A stretch of 45,243 nt of DNA. Origin: Escherichia phage vB_EcoS-CHD5UKE2. A program made the position numbers and the translations under genes. The notes under the pieces were generated by a model. The model saw only the letters and a program-made list of their open reading frames with translations, ran no database searches and was not told where the DNA came from. The stretch lies in the sequence record NC_073059.1. One strand, 5' to 3'. Positions 33,271-42,373 of the stretch are shown in pieces (the stretch's first letter is position 1; each line of letters opens with the position of its first letter).

Positions 33271-34860
33271 TTACTTACCTTCCAGCTTTTCTACTTTCTG
33301 CAACAGGTGAACGAAGGCGGCGCATAGATCCATCAACAGCACGTTACTGTCAAGCGACAGTACATCGTCGGTGTATCCGATCTCCTTTTGCTCGACAATC
33401 TCGTTCCCTTCCTCGTCCACGCCAACAACAACGTCCTCGTAGATTCCGTGTCCTGGCAGCAAGTGCACATATTCCGGGTCAATCATGGCCAGGTCCTGCG
33501 CGATAAGGCCGTAACGCTGTACGTCCGACTCCTTATACTTAAACATAGCCGGTAGCCATTGCCGTACTCGGTTGTAACTTTCCGCGCCGTCCGTGTATTT
33601 GATTTCTTTCTTCACGTCCCGGTCTGATAGCGGTGCTTTCTGGAACTCCGCCGACGATGGGTTGCCGCTGTTACCCTGAATCAGACGCCCGTCCGGCAGG
33701 AAGCGGAATAGCGCCTCAGTTACCCCACTCTTCCACGCGTGGATCCGGTAGTCTGACATGTGGGTGTCACCCGCACGCACAATTCCTGCGCGTGTCCAGT
33801 CGGCGTACCATTTATGCATGGTGAAGCCTACCCAACTGTCGATTCCCATCGAGGCGTTTGATAGAATTAAGCCGTTAGCCTCCACTTCATTGAATGTTAA
33901 TGATTTGCCACCGTTCAGGCGTAATGTTGCGTGTTTAACGTTACTGTCATCGCCCACCCCCAGAATGTTGCGCGCGGTGTACTTGTCGGCAACGTCCGCC
34001 AGGTTCTGCGACTTCTGCATGAACTTAGTGGGGTCGATTGAGTTTTTGAAGCCTTCGGCTTCGTCGCGGTATCCCTGCGCTGCATCTCGGGCCGCTTGTG
34101 CGTCAGTCTTCGCCGTGTTGGCCTGATCTCGAATAACGCCAGTGTCAGTCTTAATCTGGTTGGTCTGGTCCTTGATGGCCTGCGTATCGGTCTTAATCTG
34201 GTCGGTTTGCGTCTTGATCGTATTGGTGGCGTCGTGGATAGCCTGCGTATCAGTCTTAATCTGGTTGGTTTGCGTCTTGATGGTATTGGTGGCGTCGTGG
34301 ATAGCCTGCGTATCAGTCTTAATCTGGTTGGTTTGCGTCTTGATGGTATTAGTATCGTTCTTGAAGCCTTCGGCCTCGTCGCGGTATCCTTTCGCTGCGA
34401 CCTCAGATGCGGCGGCTTGTTGTTGCAGGTTGAGCATTTCCACCGGGTCGATCTGCTTCATTAGCTGCGACAGGTAGCCCCACGACATACCCTGCATCAC
34501 TGTGCCGTTCGGTAACGTAACTGTGATTTCTTCAGCGTCGCCGAAGATTGCACGCCAGTTGTTCTCGTCCGCAATAAGCATACGCAGTGCTTTCTGTGCC
34601 TGGACTGTTACGCCCATCGTTGCCAGCGACATGGTATCGCGCGCAACGCCATCCCATGCGAGGCCGGATGCCGTTGGGCCGTCAAACGGCAGCACCAAAG
34701 TAAGCCCGGTGTTGCTTTCGATAGATTCAATCGCGATAGTGTAGGGGACTTGCCCCACTACGACAGAAAGGAAATCACCGGCTTTGAACGCCGAAAACGT
34801 CGTACCGGTCCCCGTTACCGACCGGCTGTTATTGGTTAATAAGATAGTACCCGCTGCCAT
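33271..34860 (-). CDS. Tail fibre protein with C-terminal intramolecular-chaperone (peptidase S74-like) domain
   Basis: 529 aa; RBS AGAGGA; three 21-aa shaft repeats (TQTNQIKTDTQAIHDATNTIK); C-terminal region (KKEIKYTD...GLIAQDL...LEGK) resembles the autoproteolytic chaperone of endosialidase/T5-type fibres. Confidence 0.55.
   Translation of the reverse strand: MAAGTILLTNNSRSVTGTGTTFSAFKAGDFLSVVVGQVPYTIAIESIESNTGLTLVLPFDGPTASGLAWDGVARDTMSLATMGVTVQAQKALRMLIADENNWRAIFGDAEEITVTLPNGTVMQGMSWGYLSQLMKQIDPVEMLNLQQQAAASEVAAKGYRDEAEGFKNDTNTIKTQTNQIKTDTQAIHDATNTIKTQTNQIKTDTQAIHDATNTIKTQTDQIKTDTQAIKDQTNQIKTDTGVIRDQANTAKTDAQAARDAAQGYRDEAEGFKNSIDPTKFMQKSQNLADVADKYTARNILGVGDDSNVKHATLRLNGGKSLTFNEVEANGLILSNASMGIDSWVGFTMHKWYADWTRAGIVRAGDTHMSDYRIHAWKSGVTEALFRFLPDGRLIQGNSGNPSSAEFQKAPLSDRDVKKEIKYTDGAESYNRVRQWLPAMFKYKESDVQRYGLIAQDLAMIDPEYVHLLPGHGIYEDVVVGVDEEGNEIVEQKEIGYTDDVLSLDSNVLLMDLCAAFVHLLQKVEKLEGK
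34155..34356. repeat. In-frame tandem DNA repeats (63-bp unit, about 3 copies) inside the tail-fibre gene
   Basis: 34198..34260 and 34261..34323 are near-identical 63-mers; partial copies flank them. Confidence 0.8.
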
Positions 34861-34941
34861 AGCTGAATCCTCTTAAAATTGGTTGCATTCTTGATTGAGC
34901 GGTGCAATACTAAAACTCAACCAAATATAGGAGATGATAAC

Positions 34942-35163
34942 ATGAAAACTTTAATTATGATTTGTGCGGTCCTTTTGTCCGGTTGTGCTGTAGAACGCAA
35001 CAACGGCGATTGCATTACGGTTGCTTACGGTAGCTGCATGTTACGCTACGTTGACGGGCAAAAAGTCCCTGCCGGGGACGTGGACATGCGCTTCACGGGC
35101 CTATCTGCCGATAGCGACGGCAATTTCTCAGGCACTGTATCTGTTAAATCACGGGAGTGGTAA
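34942..35163 (+). CDS. Small lipoprotein, candidate superinfection-exclusion factor (Llp/Cor-like by context)
   Basis: ATG 34942 with RBS AGGAG; signal peptide plus lipobox LLSGC; 73 aa; placed beside receptor-binding tail genes on the opposite strand. Confidence 0.5.
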   Translation: MKTLIMICAVLLSGCAVERNNGDCITVAYGSCMLRYVDGQKVPAGDVDMRFTGLSADSDGNFSGTVSVKSREW

Positions 35164-35165
35164 TA

Positions 35166-36131
35166 ATGGGCGCTGGAATACTCATCGACTACAACGACGG
35201 ACGACCGATTATGGAGATAACTGCCGGTTTGCGCGCTCCGTCATACTGCACTACGTTTGATCAGCGCTGCCAGTCCGACAAGACGCTGACCATTAATACC
35301 CCGCTAACACCAGGGTCGGACCTTGTCGTTGCACTCACGCGCCCGGTAGAAGTGCTTGAGGTGTTCGACCAGACGCTGGTTCTCCCCGACCCGTTCTACG
35401 TGACGTCGGTACAGCGCAACGGGGATAGTGGAATTATCCTTCGAGGCGCGGACGCGCATAACGCATACAGCGGCCTCCCGCAATGGGCTGGTATAATTAT
35501 GGAAGTGCTGCCGGTGGGGTCACGCAATGCGGGCTTACTGGTGGCGAACTCGACAGACTTCACCGCGATTTCCAACGTGTCCCGGTTAATGACCTGCCGC
35601 TACGCGCAGCGCGTGCACGTGAACGGTAGTATGCCTTTGCCTGTGGGCGGTATCCCGTTCGCGCGCTGGGATAATGGCAACGTATCGGTAGGCTTCGATG
35701 GTAGTAGTATCATCGTCCGCAATTCGTCTTATGGCGGGATTGATGACGTCGGGGCCGAAGTGGACTTGGATCTGGTTATCTTCAACAATACGCCTCCATC
35801 ACCGGGGACTGGTATCACCATGACGAACAACCAGGGGCAGGTCACGTTCTCGACCGTTAACAAGCCGTTTGTGCTCAATTCGGTAATTAATATCGGCACC
35901 GGCGGTCAGAATATCGGTAATAGCCTCGTACAGCTTTCATATACCGGCGCGCTCATTGAGAACAACAGCGGCTACAACCACGTTCGAATGAACGGGATAC
36001 GCATGGCGGGCAACGTGGTTAGTGCGGCGCGTAATCGCGTAATCGGTAACTACTCACGGCAGCAATTCCAGATGCCTAACCGCAACATAGCTGTCCCAAC
36101 CCCGTTACTCGTCATACCTAACATGTATTAA
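35166..36131 (+). CDS. Hypothetical beta-rich protein co-transcribed with the lipoprotein
   Basis: ATG 35166 with RBS GGGAGTGG (ORF-track start 35157 is GTG); 321 aa, Gly/Asn/Ser/Thr-rich, no TM segment. Confidence 0.5.
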   Translation: MGAGILIDYNDGRPIMEITAGLRAPSYCTTFDQRCQSDKTLTINTPLTPGSDLVVALTRPVEVLEVFDQTLVLPDPFYVTSVQRNGDSGIILRGADAHNAYSGLPQWAGIIMEVLPVGSRNAGLLVANSTDFTAISNVSRLMTCRYAQRVHVNGSMPLPVGGIPFARWDNGNVSVGFDGSSIIVRNSSYGGIDDVGAEVDLDLVIFNNTPPSPGTGITMTNNQGQVTFSTVNKPFVLNSVINIGTGGQNIGNSLVQLSYTGALIENNSGYNHVRMNGIRMAGNVVSAARNRVIGNYSRQQFQMPNRNIAVPTPLLVIPNMY

Positions 36132-36135
36132 AAAA

Positions 36136-36151
36136 GGGGCCGGATGGCCCC
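36136..36151. terminator. Bidirectional terminator between the convergent J-like gene and the plus-strand insert
   Basis: ggggcc-ggat-ggcccc with flanking A and T runs. Confidence 0.55.
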
Positions 36152-36158
36152 TTCTCAT

Positions 36159-39100
36159 TTACCACGTCCCGACTTTAACCCTTCCCCCTCCAGGTAAGGG
36201 CACGTTGACGCCCGTTGCGTCGATCGTAACGGACCCGCCGGAGAATCCGAAATTACCCGTAGTCGCGAACAAGTTGCCGCGTACCGTTACGTTGTTGAAC
36301 TCCGCCCCGCCATCCTTCGCGATTCGCCAGCCGCTGTTACCCGGATTCCAGTTATTGGATTGCAGCGTGTCCGTGATCTGTGCGAAGTTGATGGACGCAT
36401 TCTTGATGCGCGCCGTGTCAATGTACACCTGACCGCCGTCGACGATAAACGCGGACGAAAGCGACCCATTCGACGGGTGCATGATGTAGAACTGGTCCGC
36501 CTTGAACGCGATGCGAGATTTAACCGCGCCACCTTCCGCCACAACGGAAAGCTGCATACCGGCATCATAGTAAGTCCCGTTATACGTCACGCCAGCTTTA
36601 AGGCTGTAGGTGGCGCTACCGCCAGCATGGTTAAACGAAGACGTCATCTTCTGCTCGATCGCTGCGGACTGCTGACCGAACTGTGCCGCTACCTGGGTCT
36701 TATACTCAGCCAGCGCGCCCGCTACGTCTGCCGTTGCCGTTTGTACCTGCTGGATGGCAGCTTCCTGTTCCCCGAACTTAGCGGCAACAGTTTGTTGATA
36801 CTGGGCGAACGCTTGTTCGTGCGTGCTTTGCGCAGTCTGCAACGTGTGGATTGACGCTTCCGCATCGTCAAGGCGCGTGCCGATCAGCGTTTCCAGTTGC
36901 GCTACGGCCTCGTTTGCGTCCACCGCAACGTTGTACGCCACCTTGATTTCCGCATAAATCCCTTGATACTCGGAGCGGGCGTTAAACAACTGCTGCGCGT
37001 CGGTGAGCATGGCCTCGTAAATGCCTTGTGGAATGGTGTCGATTGCTTCCTGGAAGTGTTTACCGTCCTCGGAAGTCAAGAACTCGTCATCAAGCCCCTG
37101 CATGTACTCGTCAACTTTGTCACTCACCTGACCGTCAAACGGGTCTGACCAGTCCGACAGGTTGCCGATTTTATCCGCTACGCGTGCGCGCAACTGCTGG
37201 TAGATCCCGAATTCCAGCGACGTTTGCGCATAGTCCGACCCCGGATATGGGACGTTGGTCAAGAATTTCCATTCAGTCTCACCCAGCTTGCGCACTTCAA
37301 GCTCGGTATACGAAATATCCGTCGCGGCGTTGTTGTGATTCCACTTCCACAAAATTTGATGAAGGCCCGAAATCGCGTTGGTAATGATTGGCGCGTTTAG
37401 CCCGCCAAGACGGCCCTCGACCGGCGTGATTTCGGATGACACCCACGGGGATGAAATCTCGCCCATACCGATAGCGCGGACGCGTGCCTGGTAGTTACCA
37501 GAAAACACGTTCGGGATGTGCGCGCCGTTCGACGCCGTGCGGGGGATGTTAACCCAGTCGTTGCCCCACTGTACTTCCAGATTCTGCAAGCTGGTACGTC
37601 GCCACTGGATTTCGTACACAACGGCATCCTTCACCGGCGGAAAAACAATATCTACGTTGGTGATTAGCTGGCCTTGCGATGAAATCTGCGACGGGGTGAT
37701 AGTAACGGATTCTGGCCCCTTCATCACGCCGTCCGGCACTTGAGTGAAGATACCCGGATCAAGACGCGCGCCATTATCAACGGCATCATATTTGCTATCG
37801 TTGTACTCAATCCCGCGCACCGAAAAAGTGCTGGTAGCGTCGTCATATTCCAGGTCTGTGATGCGGAACTTCTGCAACTGGATATCATCGCCATCAACGC
37901 AAAACGGCTGATCGGGAATCGGGTCGGAGTCCAGTGCGGTTTTTAGCGTGACCTGGTTGCCGTTGACGCTGGCAATCTCGCGAGTCTCCACATTACCGCT
38001 CTCGGTGCGCACCAGGAATTTATCACCAGGGCGGAACGTGATTTCGCTGTCCGTGTTCAGCACGGTGCGCGTGCCTGGATCTGACAACAGGCGTCCGCCG
38101 CGTGTCTCGAAGCCGCCAGAAATGTTAGTATCTGCGATCGCGACTACGCTCCCCGGAATAAAGAATAACCCCTCCATGCCAACCTTAAAGCTGACTTGCT
38201 GGTCAAGCTGGTTGGAGATTAGCGCCCAGTGCCCGCGGCGTTGCGCTTCAGATTCTCGCGTACAGCCGATCGCCGTGATATCAAGGCGGTTAATCTTATG
38301 GCGGCGCACCAGTTCGACACGTTGACCCGTTGCGATGGCGTCATCATAGTGGTTCTTCGGGTTGCCGTAGGCTACCGAGAACGTGGAATACCGAGTTTTC
38401 TGGCTTCCCGATGCGTAGTCGAATCGACCATCAATGACCGAGGCGTTGGTGATAGTATGCGATACCGCTGCGACAGGCTGGTCACTGACGATATTCAACA
38501 TCTGGTTGCCCCACCAGGTCATGCCCGCAAAGATAGCCGCTAAATCCTTCAGCACGGTCCAGGCGTCGGTCTGCGACTGAATGTACATATCATTCTTAAA
38601 TCGGATTTCCTGACCGCCGTTGCCGTCACTGACCATCTGATCGCAGCGCTGCGAAATCTGGTAGAGTGCGTAACGGTTTAGCATTTGTGGCTTGACACGA
38701 CGACCGAGGCCGAAGCGCTCAGTAATACAAATATCGTACCAGTGCCACGCAGGGTTATCCGTCCAGGCGCGTTTAAATGTGCCGTCCCAGTCACCAGAAT
38801 AGGTATGATTAATCGGGTCGTAGTTGTTCGGCACCAGCACTTTGCGGCCTTTGCACTTGATGGACACACGCGGGATGTTCTGGAACGCCTTAGCATCGAA
38901 CTCCACGAACAACAGCGCGGTTAGCGGGTATCGCAGGCGGGCGTCGATAATCTCAGTAATGGATTGTACCTGAATATCGTTGACCACTTTTGCCGATGTG
39001 GAGTCTGCCGTTGTGCGGTGCACCTCCACGCGCCAGCCGGTATTCACGTTCGGCGGTAATTCGATGCGGTGATCGCGCTCATACAGCGACATTGTTTTAC

Positions 39101-39605
39101 CAACGGCAGCGAATGTAAACTCCCGCGGATCAGCATTGTCTGTATACACAACAATTTTATAGTCGATGCGCCCGCCCACCAGGTTGCCATTATCTTCGTT
39201 GGTGTACAGGGCCGGAATACCGATTCGAATGCGCACCGCATCCAGACTGGTATCCGAAATCTGGCGGACCCACGGCTGGCCCTGTTCCAGTTTTACGCCT
39301 ACTGTTTGCTCGCTTTCCACCGCTGAAAAACCGTGAATCACATCCTGGTGCTGCGTGCCGGGGCGGAACTCCACACGCGCGCCGGGGAAGTTATCCGACA
39401 GGTCGGCGTTCTGGATCGGTGTGCCGTCCAGGTATACACGCTGCCGTAATTCGTTAGGGTCGGGAATGCCTTCAAATTCGCCCTCGCCCAGTGCGAGCAA
39501 GATGCGGATTTTAGCCAGCGAATGCAGGCTATCAGGCGTCTCCTGTGGGGTGTGCTGTTTGCCACCGCCGCCTTTATGACCCGTGACGTCGTATACAATC
39601 GTCAT
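36159..39605 (-). CDS. Central tail fibre / host-specificity protein (lambda gpJ-like)
   Basis: 1148 aa; last gene of the lambda-like M-L-K-I-J order; ATGA coupling to the I-like gene. Confidence 0.7.
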   Translation of the reverse strand: MTIVYDVTGHKGGGGKQHTPQETPDSLHSLAKIRILLALGEGEFEGIPDPNELRQRVYLDGTPIQNADLSDNFPGARVEFRPGTQHQDVIHGFSAVESEQTVGVKLEQGQPWVRQISDTSLDAVRIRIGIPALYTNEDNGNLVGGRIDYKIVVYTDNADPREFTFAAVGKTMSLYERDHRIELPPNVNTGWRVEVHRTTADSTSAKVVNDIQVQSITEIIDARLRYPLTALLFVEFDAKAFQNIPRVSIKCKGRKVLVPNNYDPINHTYSGDWDGTFKRAWTDNPAWHWYDICITERFGLGRRVKPQMLNRYALYQISQRCDQMVSDGNGGQEIRFKNDMYIQSQTDAWTVLKDLAAIFAGMTWWGNQMLNIVSDQPVAAVSHTITNASVIDGRFDYASGSQKTRYSTFSVAYGNPKNHYDDAIATGQRVELVRRHKINRLDITAIGCTRESEAQRRGHWALISNQLDQQVSFKVGMEGLFFIPGSVVAIADTNISGGFETRGGRLLSDPGTRTVLNTDSEITFRPGDKFLVRTESGNVETREIASVNGNQVTLKTALDSDPIPDQPFCVDGDDIQLQKFRITDLEYDDATSTFSVRGIEYNDSKYDAVDNGARLDPGIFTQVPDGVMKGPESVTITPSQISSQGQLITNVDIVFPPVKDAVVYEIQWRRTSLQNLEVQWGNDWVNIPRTASNGAHIPNVFSGNYQARVRAIGMGEISSPWVSSEITPVEGRLGGLNAPIITNAISGLHQILWKWNHNNAATDISYTELEVRKLGETEWKFLTNVPYPGSDYAQTSLEFGIYQQLRARVADKIGNLSDWSDPFDGQVSDKVDEYMQGLDDEFLTSEDGKHFQEAIDTIPQGIYEAMLTDAQQLFNARSEYQGIYAEIKVAYNVAVDANEAVAQLETLIGTRLDDAEASIHTLQTAQSTHEQAFAQYQQTVAAKFGEQEAAIQQVQTATADVAGALAEYKTQVAAQFGQQSAAIEQKMTSSFNHAGGSATYSLKAGVTYNGTYYDAGMQLSVVAEGGAVKSRIAFKADQFYIMHPSNGSLSSAFIVDGGQVYIDTARIKNASINFAQITDTLQSNNWNPGNSGWRIAKDGGAEFNNVTVRGNLFATTGNFGFSGGSVTIDATGVNVPLPGGGRVKVGTW

Positions 39606-40219
39606 TCGTTCAAATCCTCGGTTACAATTCCGGCTGAAATAATAGCGCCGCCGATCTCACGCTCGCCCCATAATACACCAAGTGCTGTACCTTGCGCGGT
39701 AGTGTTTACCGGCCCGCCGAACGCATACGACGCCTTGTTATCCACGTCCTGCCGTGTCTGCAATCCTTTCGGTTGCGGTGACAGCAGTTGCATAGCACCG
39801 CCAAGCGCAAGCGACATACCGAACGAAAACGTCGCCGTTCCGATAGCGGCAGCGGTCGCCGCGGAAGCACCGAAAGCGGCAGCGGCAAGCCCGCCGGTGT
39901 AGAACGACGCCACCACGATAGCTACGCCAGCCAGCAATTGGCCCAGTCCGCTTTTAGCACCCGTCATAACCGGCGCGATGGTAACTACGCGGTCGCCGTG
40001 GAACTCCCCTAACTCGTCGTAGCCGGTCATTGTGTGATTACCCTTGCGCACCTTAAACATCATGTTTCCCAGGTGGGCCGACATTAGAAAGTCCTGTAAG
40101 CCTGGTAACTTCACGCATAGGCCGGTGATACCCTCGCCAGGTGTGAAACATTCCAGCTTATGCACTTTACCAAAACGACGTCCTAAGACGCCGTACAATT
40201 TAAATGTGGTCATTGCCAT
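39602..40219 (-). CDS. Tail assembly protein (lambda gpI-like)
   Basis: 205 aa with Gly/Ala-rich hydrophobic C-terminal half; position between K-like and J-like genes. Confidence 0.6.
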   Translation of the reverse strand: MAMTTFKLYGVLGRRFGKVHKLECFTPGEGITGLCVKLPGLQDFLMSAHLGNMMFKVRKGNHTMTGYDELGEFHGDRVVTIAPVMTGAKSGLGQLLAGVAIVVASFYTGGLAAAAFGASAATAAAIGTATFSFGMSLALGGAMQLLSPQPKGLQTRQDVDNKASYAFGGPVNTTAQGTALGVLWGEREIGGAIISAGIVTEDLNE

Positions 40220-40950
40220 TCTGTAATATCCCCTGGTAAGTCTTTATGACGTACCCATTTAACCACATTGTCGCGGAAAAATCCTGCCCGGAAGGGGACC
40301 ACGCTCGACAAGCTGCCGTAGATATGGTGCAGTAGTTGGTTGCCCGGAAGGAAGATCCCAGCATGGTTAGGCACTGGCGCGCTAATCTGCATGATGACCA
40401 TCGCCCCCGGTGTATTCTCCTCGCACTCCCGGAACCCCGCATCATACCAGTTATCCATGTACAGGCTTTCGCCCATTTCCCACCAGTTATACGGCACGCG
40501 GAAGTCAGGAAGAATCACGCCCTGCTTTTTGTGCCAGTCCATGACGAGGCCATAGCAATCCGTAATTCCGAGAACAAATCGGCGACCTACCAGCGGCGGG
40601 TCTTCCGGGTCGATCTCGATAAAGTCGCCATACTCATTGGTAATGGCCCACACTATGCCGCTGCCGTTGCATCCGCTAACGTCGCCCAATGACGGGGTTA
40701 GCTCGCGCTGGCCTGGATGTGAGTGGACTACGCGCACGACGTCGCCCATATCCTCGGCGTCCATCCATGCCATATCACTAATTGTAAACGCGTCCTTACG
40801 CGATCGCGCGCCGGTCGGGTCTTCGAATACGTTCAGGCACGGGATAAATACTTGTTTGCGGCCCACCATGACGACCAGGCCGCAGGCTTCTTCTGGCAGA
40901 CATGCCGCAACGTGCGCGGCGATATCGCTCTTAACCTTCTTCGTTAACAT
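40210..40950 (-). CDS. Tail assembly protein (lambda gpK-like; MPN/JAB and NlpC/P60 domains)
   Basis: 246 aa; HSHP metal-binding motif and Cys/His downstream. Confidence 0.65.
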   Translation of the reverse strand: MLTKKVKSDIAAHVAACLPEEACGLVVMVGRKQVFIPCLNVFEDPTGARSRKDAFTISDMAWMDAEDMGDVVRVVHSHPGQRELTPSLGDVSGCNGSGIVWAITNEYGDFIEIDPEDPPLVGRRFVLGITDCYGLVMDWHKKQGVILPDFRVPYNWWEMGESLYMDNWYDAGFRECEENTPGAMVIMQISAPVPNHAGIFLPGNQLLHHIYGSLSSVVPFRAGFFRDNVVKWVRHKDLPGDITEWQ

Positions 40951-40952
40951 GA

Positions 40953-41741
40953 CTACCCCTTAATTAATCTGGACCCCGGAAAGCCGCCATAGTCCAGCAC
41001 CGCCGCTTTCGGATCTGCAAGCCCTTGTCCGAAACGAAGATAACAGTCGGACAAACAGCCGCCACATCGGTCCATATCCATCGCGATGACTTCATTGCCT
41101 CGCTCGTCATAATACTTGATGCCAGGCTGTGCAAGGTTCCAGGTGCACCCGTCCCCGCTGGCATACTTCCCGTTGAGCGCCCATTCGCACATATTCATGA
41201 TTTGGCGGCGCGGGACTACTTGCCCCTCCATATCCGCGGGCGAGGATAATGCGAAGGTGATTTGTTTGCCCGGATTGCGACCGACCTGTGAGTCGATGTA
41301 AAACTCCTGTACACGTTTTTGCGTTGGGTCTGGGTCAGGCCCGTTGTCCAGGAACTTCGCAAACGTGTCTATGATTTCAACCTTCGCGCCCAGTAGCTGG
41401 TCGTGATTCAGGGATAGCCTGGTGATAATCCCGCCAATATCGACGATAGTTAGCTGCGGTTCTGCTGCCGTTGATGTGGAGAAGTTGAGGCCAGACAAAT
41501 CGAAGGGCCAGAATTCGAACTCCTGCCCGCCGAAGAAGATAGATTTTGGCTTTAGCTTGTCCTCGTCGCCGCCAGCGGCAGCAATATCGTCGGCAGTGTG
41601 CGGAATAAAGCAGTAATGGAAATAATGGTGGCCCGCGCCGATCGCGCCGTCGCCCGGCTCCACGTCCTGCGCATCAATGTGAATCAGGCGAACGCGGCCC
41701 GATGGGTCAAAGCGCGTCGCCTCACGATATAGTTTATTCAT
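40953..41741 (-). CDS. Minor tail protein (lambda gpL-like)
   Basis: 262 aa; C-terminal Cys cluster (CEWALNG...CTWN...CGGCLSDC). Confidence 0.6.
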   Translation of the reverse strand: MNKLYREATRFDPSGRVRLIHIDAQDVEPGDGAIGAGHHYFHYCFIPHTADDIAAAGGDEDKLKPKSIFFGGQEFEFWPFDLSGLNFSTSTAAEPQLTIVDIGGIITRLSLNHDQLLGAKVEIIDTFAKFLDNGPDPDPTQKRVQEFYIDSQVGRNPGKQITFALSSPADMEGQVVPRRQIMNMCEWALNGKYASGDGCTWNLAQPGIKYYDERGNEVIAMDMDRCGGCLSDCYLRFGQGLADPKAAVLDYGGFPGSRLIKG

Positions 41742-42337
41742 CTTACGAATCCAATAGCAGTCTTAAGGGTGGCGGATACCGTTGCCGTGTAGTGTCCGTT
41801 GTCAGTGTACGACAAGCTCGAACGCTCGACCACGAATAAACCTGTTTCACCATCAGGCGCGGTGACTACAAACGGCTTGACGAAATGCCCGCGAAGGAAG
41901 TTGTACACCAGTTTAGGGTCACACCACTTGTCAGTAGTCAGTCCGATGAATTGCACGGGGAACTGTTTCGTCTCGGCGTTCGGGCCATCCGCGATGTTCT
42001 GCCCGTAGCCATTGCCGAATTGCAATTCCTCCGACCGGAAAGCCAACTGCACGTCGCCGCCACCTTGCAATTGCATGTGCCAGTAATAGGGCCATTCGTT
42101 TGATCGCGGGTCGTGCGCTTCGATTAGCTCGTAGGCTGCACCGGCTTTTGTCGGACCGGCCCAGTTATCCACCAGGGTGATGACTGTATCAGAGTTGAAT
42201 GCTGCAATTTTGCCGGTGTAGTCGTTGCCGTCGATGCGGGCAAATACGCGGACCTTCCCGATCTCGCTCAGGAACGCCGTCCCCGCGCCCGTGACGGTCT
42301 TACTTCCGTTCGTTAGTGTGATTGTACCTTGTGCCAT
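41738..42337 (-). CDS. Minor tail protein at the gpM position; N-terminus homologous to the tail-fibre N-terminus
   Basis: 199 aa; RBS TGGGGG; first ~25 aa MAQGTITLTNGSKTVTGAGTAF parallel fibre MAAGTILLTNNSRSVTGTGTTF. Confidence 0.5.
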   Translation of the reverse strand: MAQGTITLTNGSKTVTGAGTAFLSEIGKVRVFARIDGNDYTGKIAAFNSDTVITLVDNWAGPTKAGAAYELIEAHDPRSNEWPYYWHMQLQGGGDVQLAFRSEELQFGNGYGQNIADGPNAETKQFPVQFIGLTTDKWCDPKLVYNFLRGHFVKPFVVTAPDGETGLFVVERSSLSYTDNGHYTATVSATLKTAIGFVR

Positions 42338-42373
42338 GAAAAAGCCCCCACGTTGTATGTGAGGGCCATTTTA

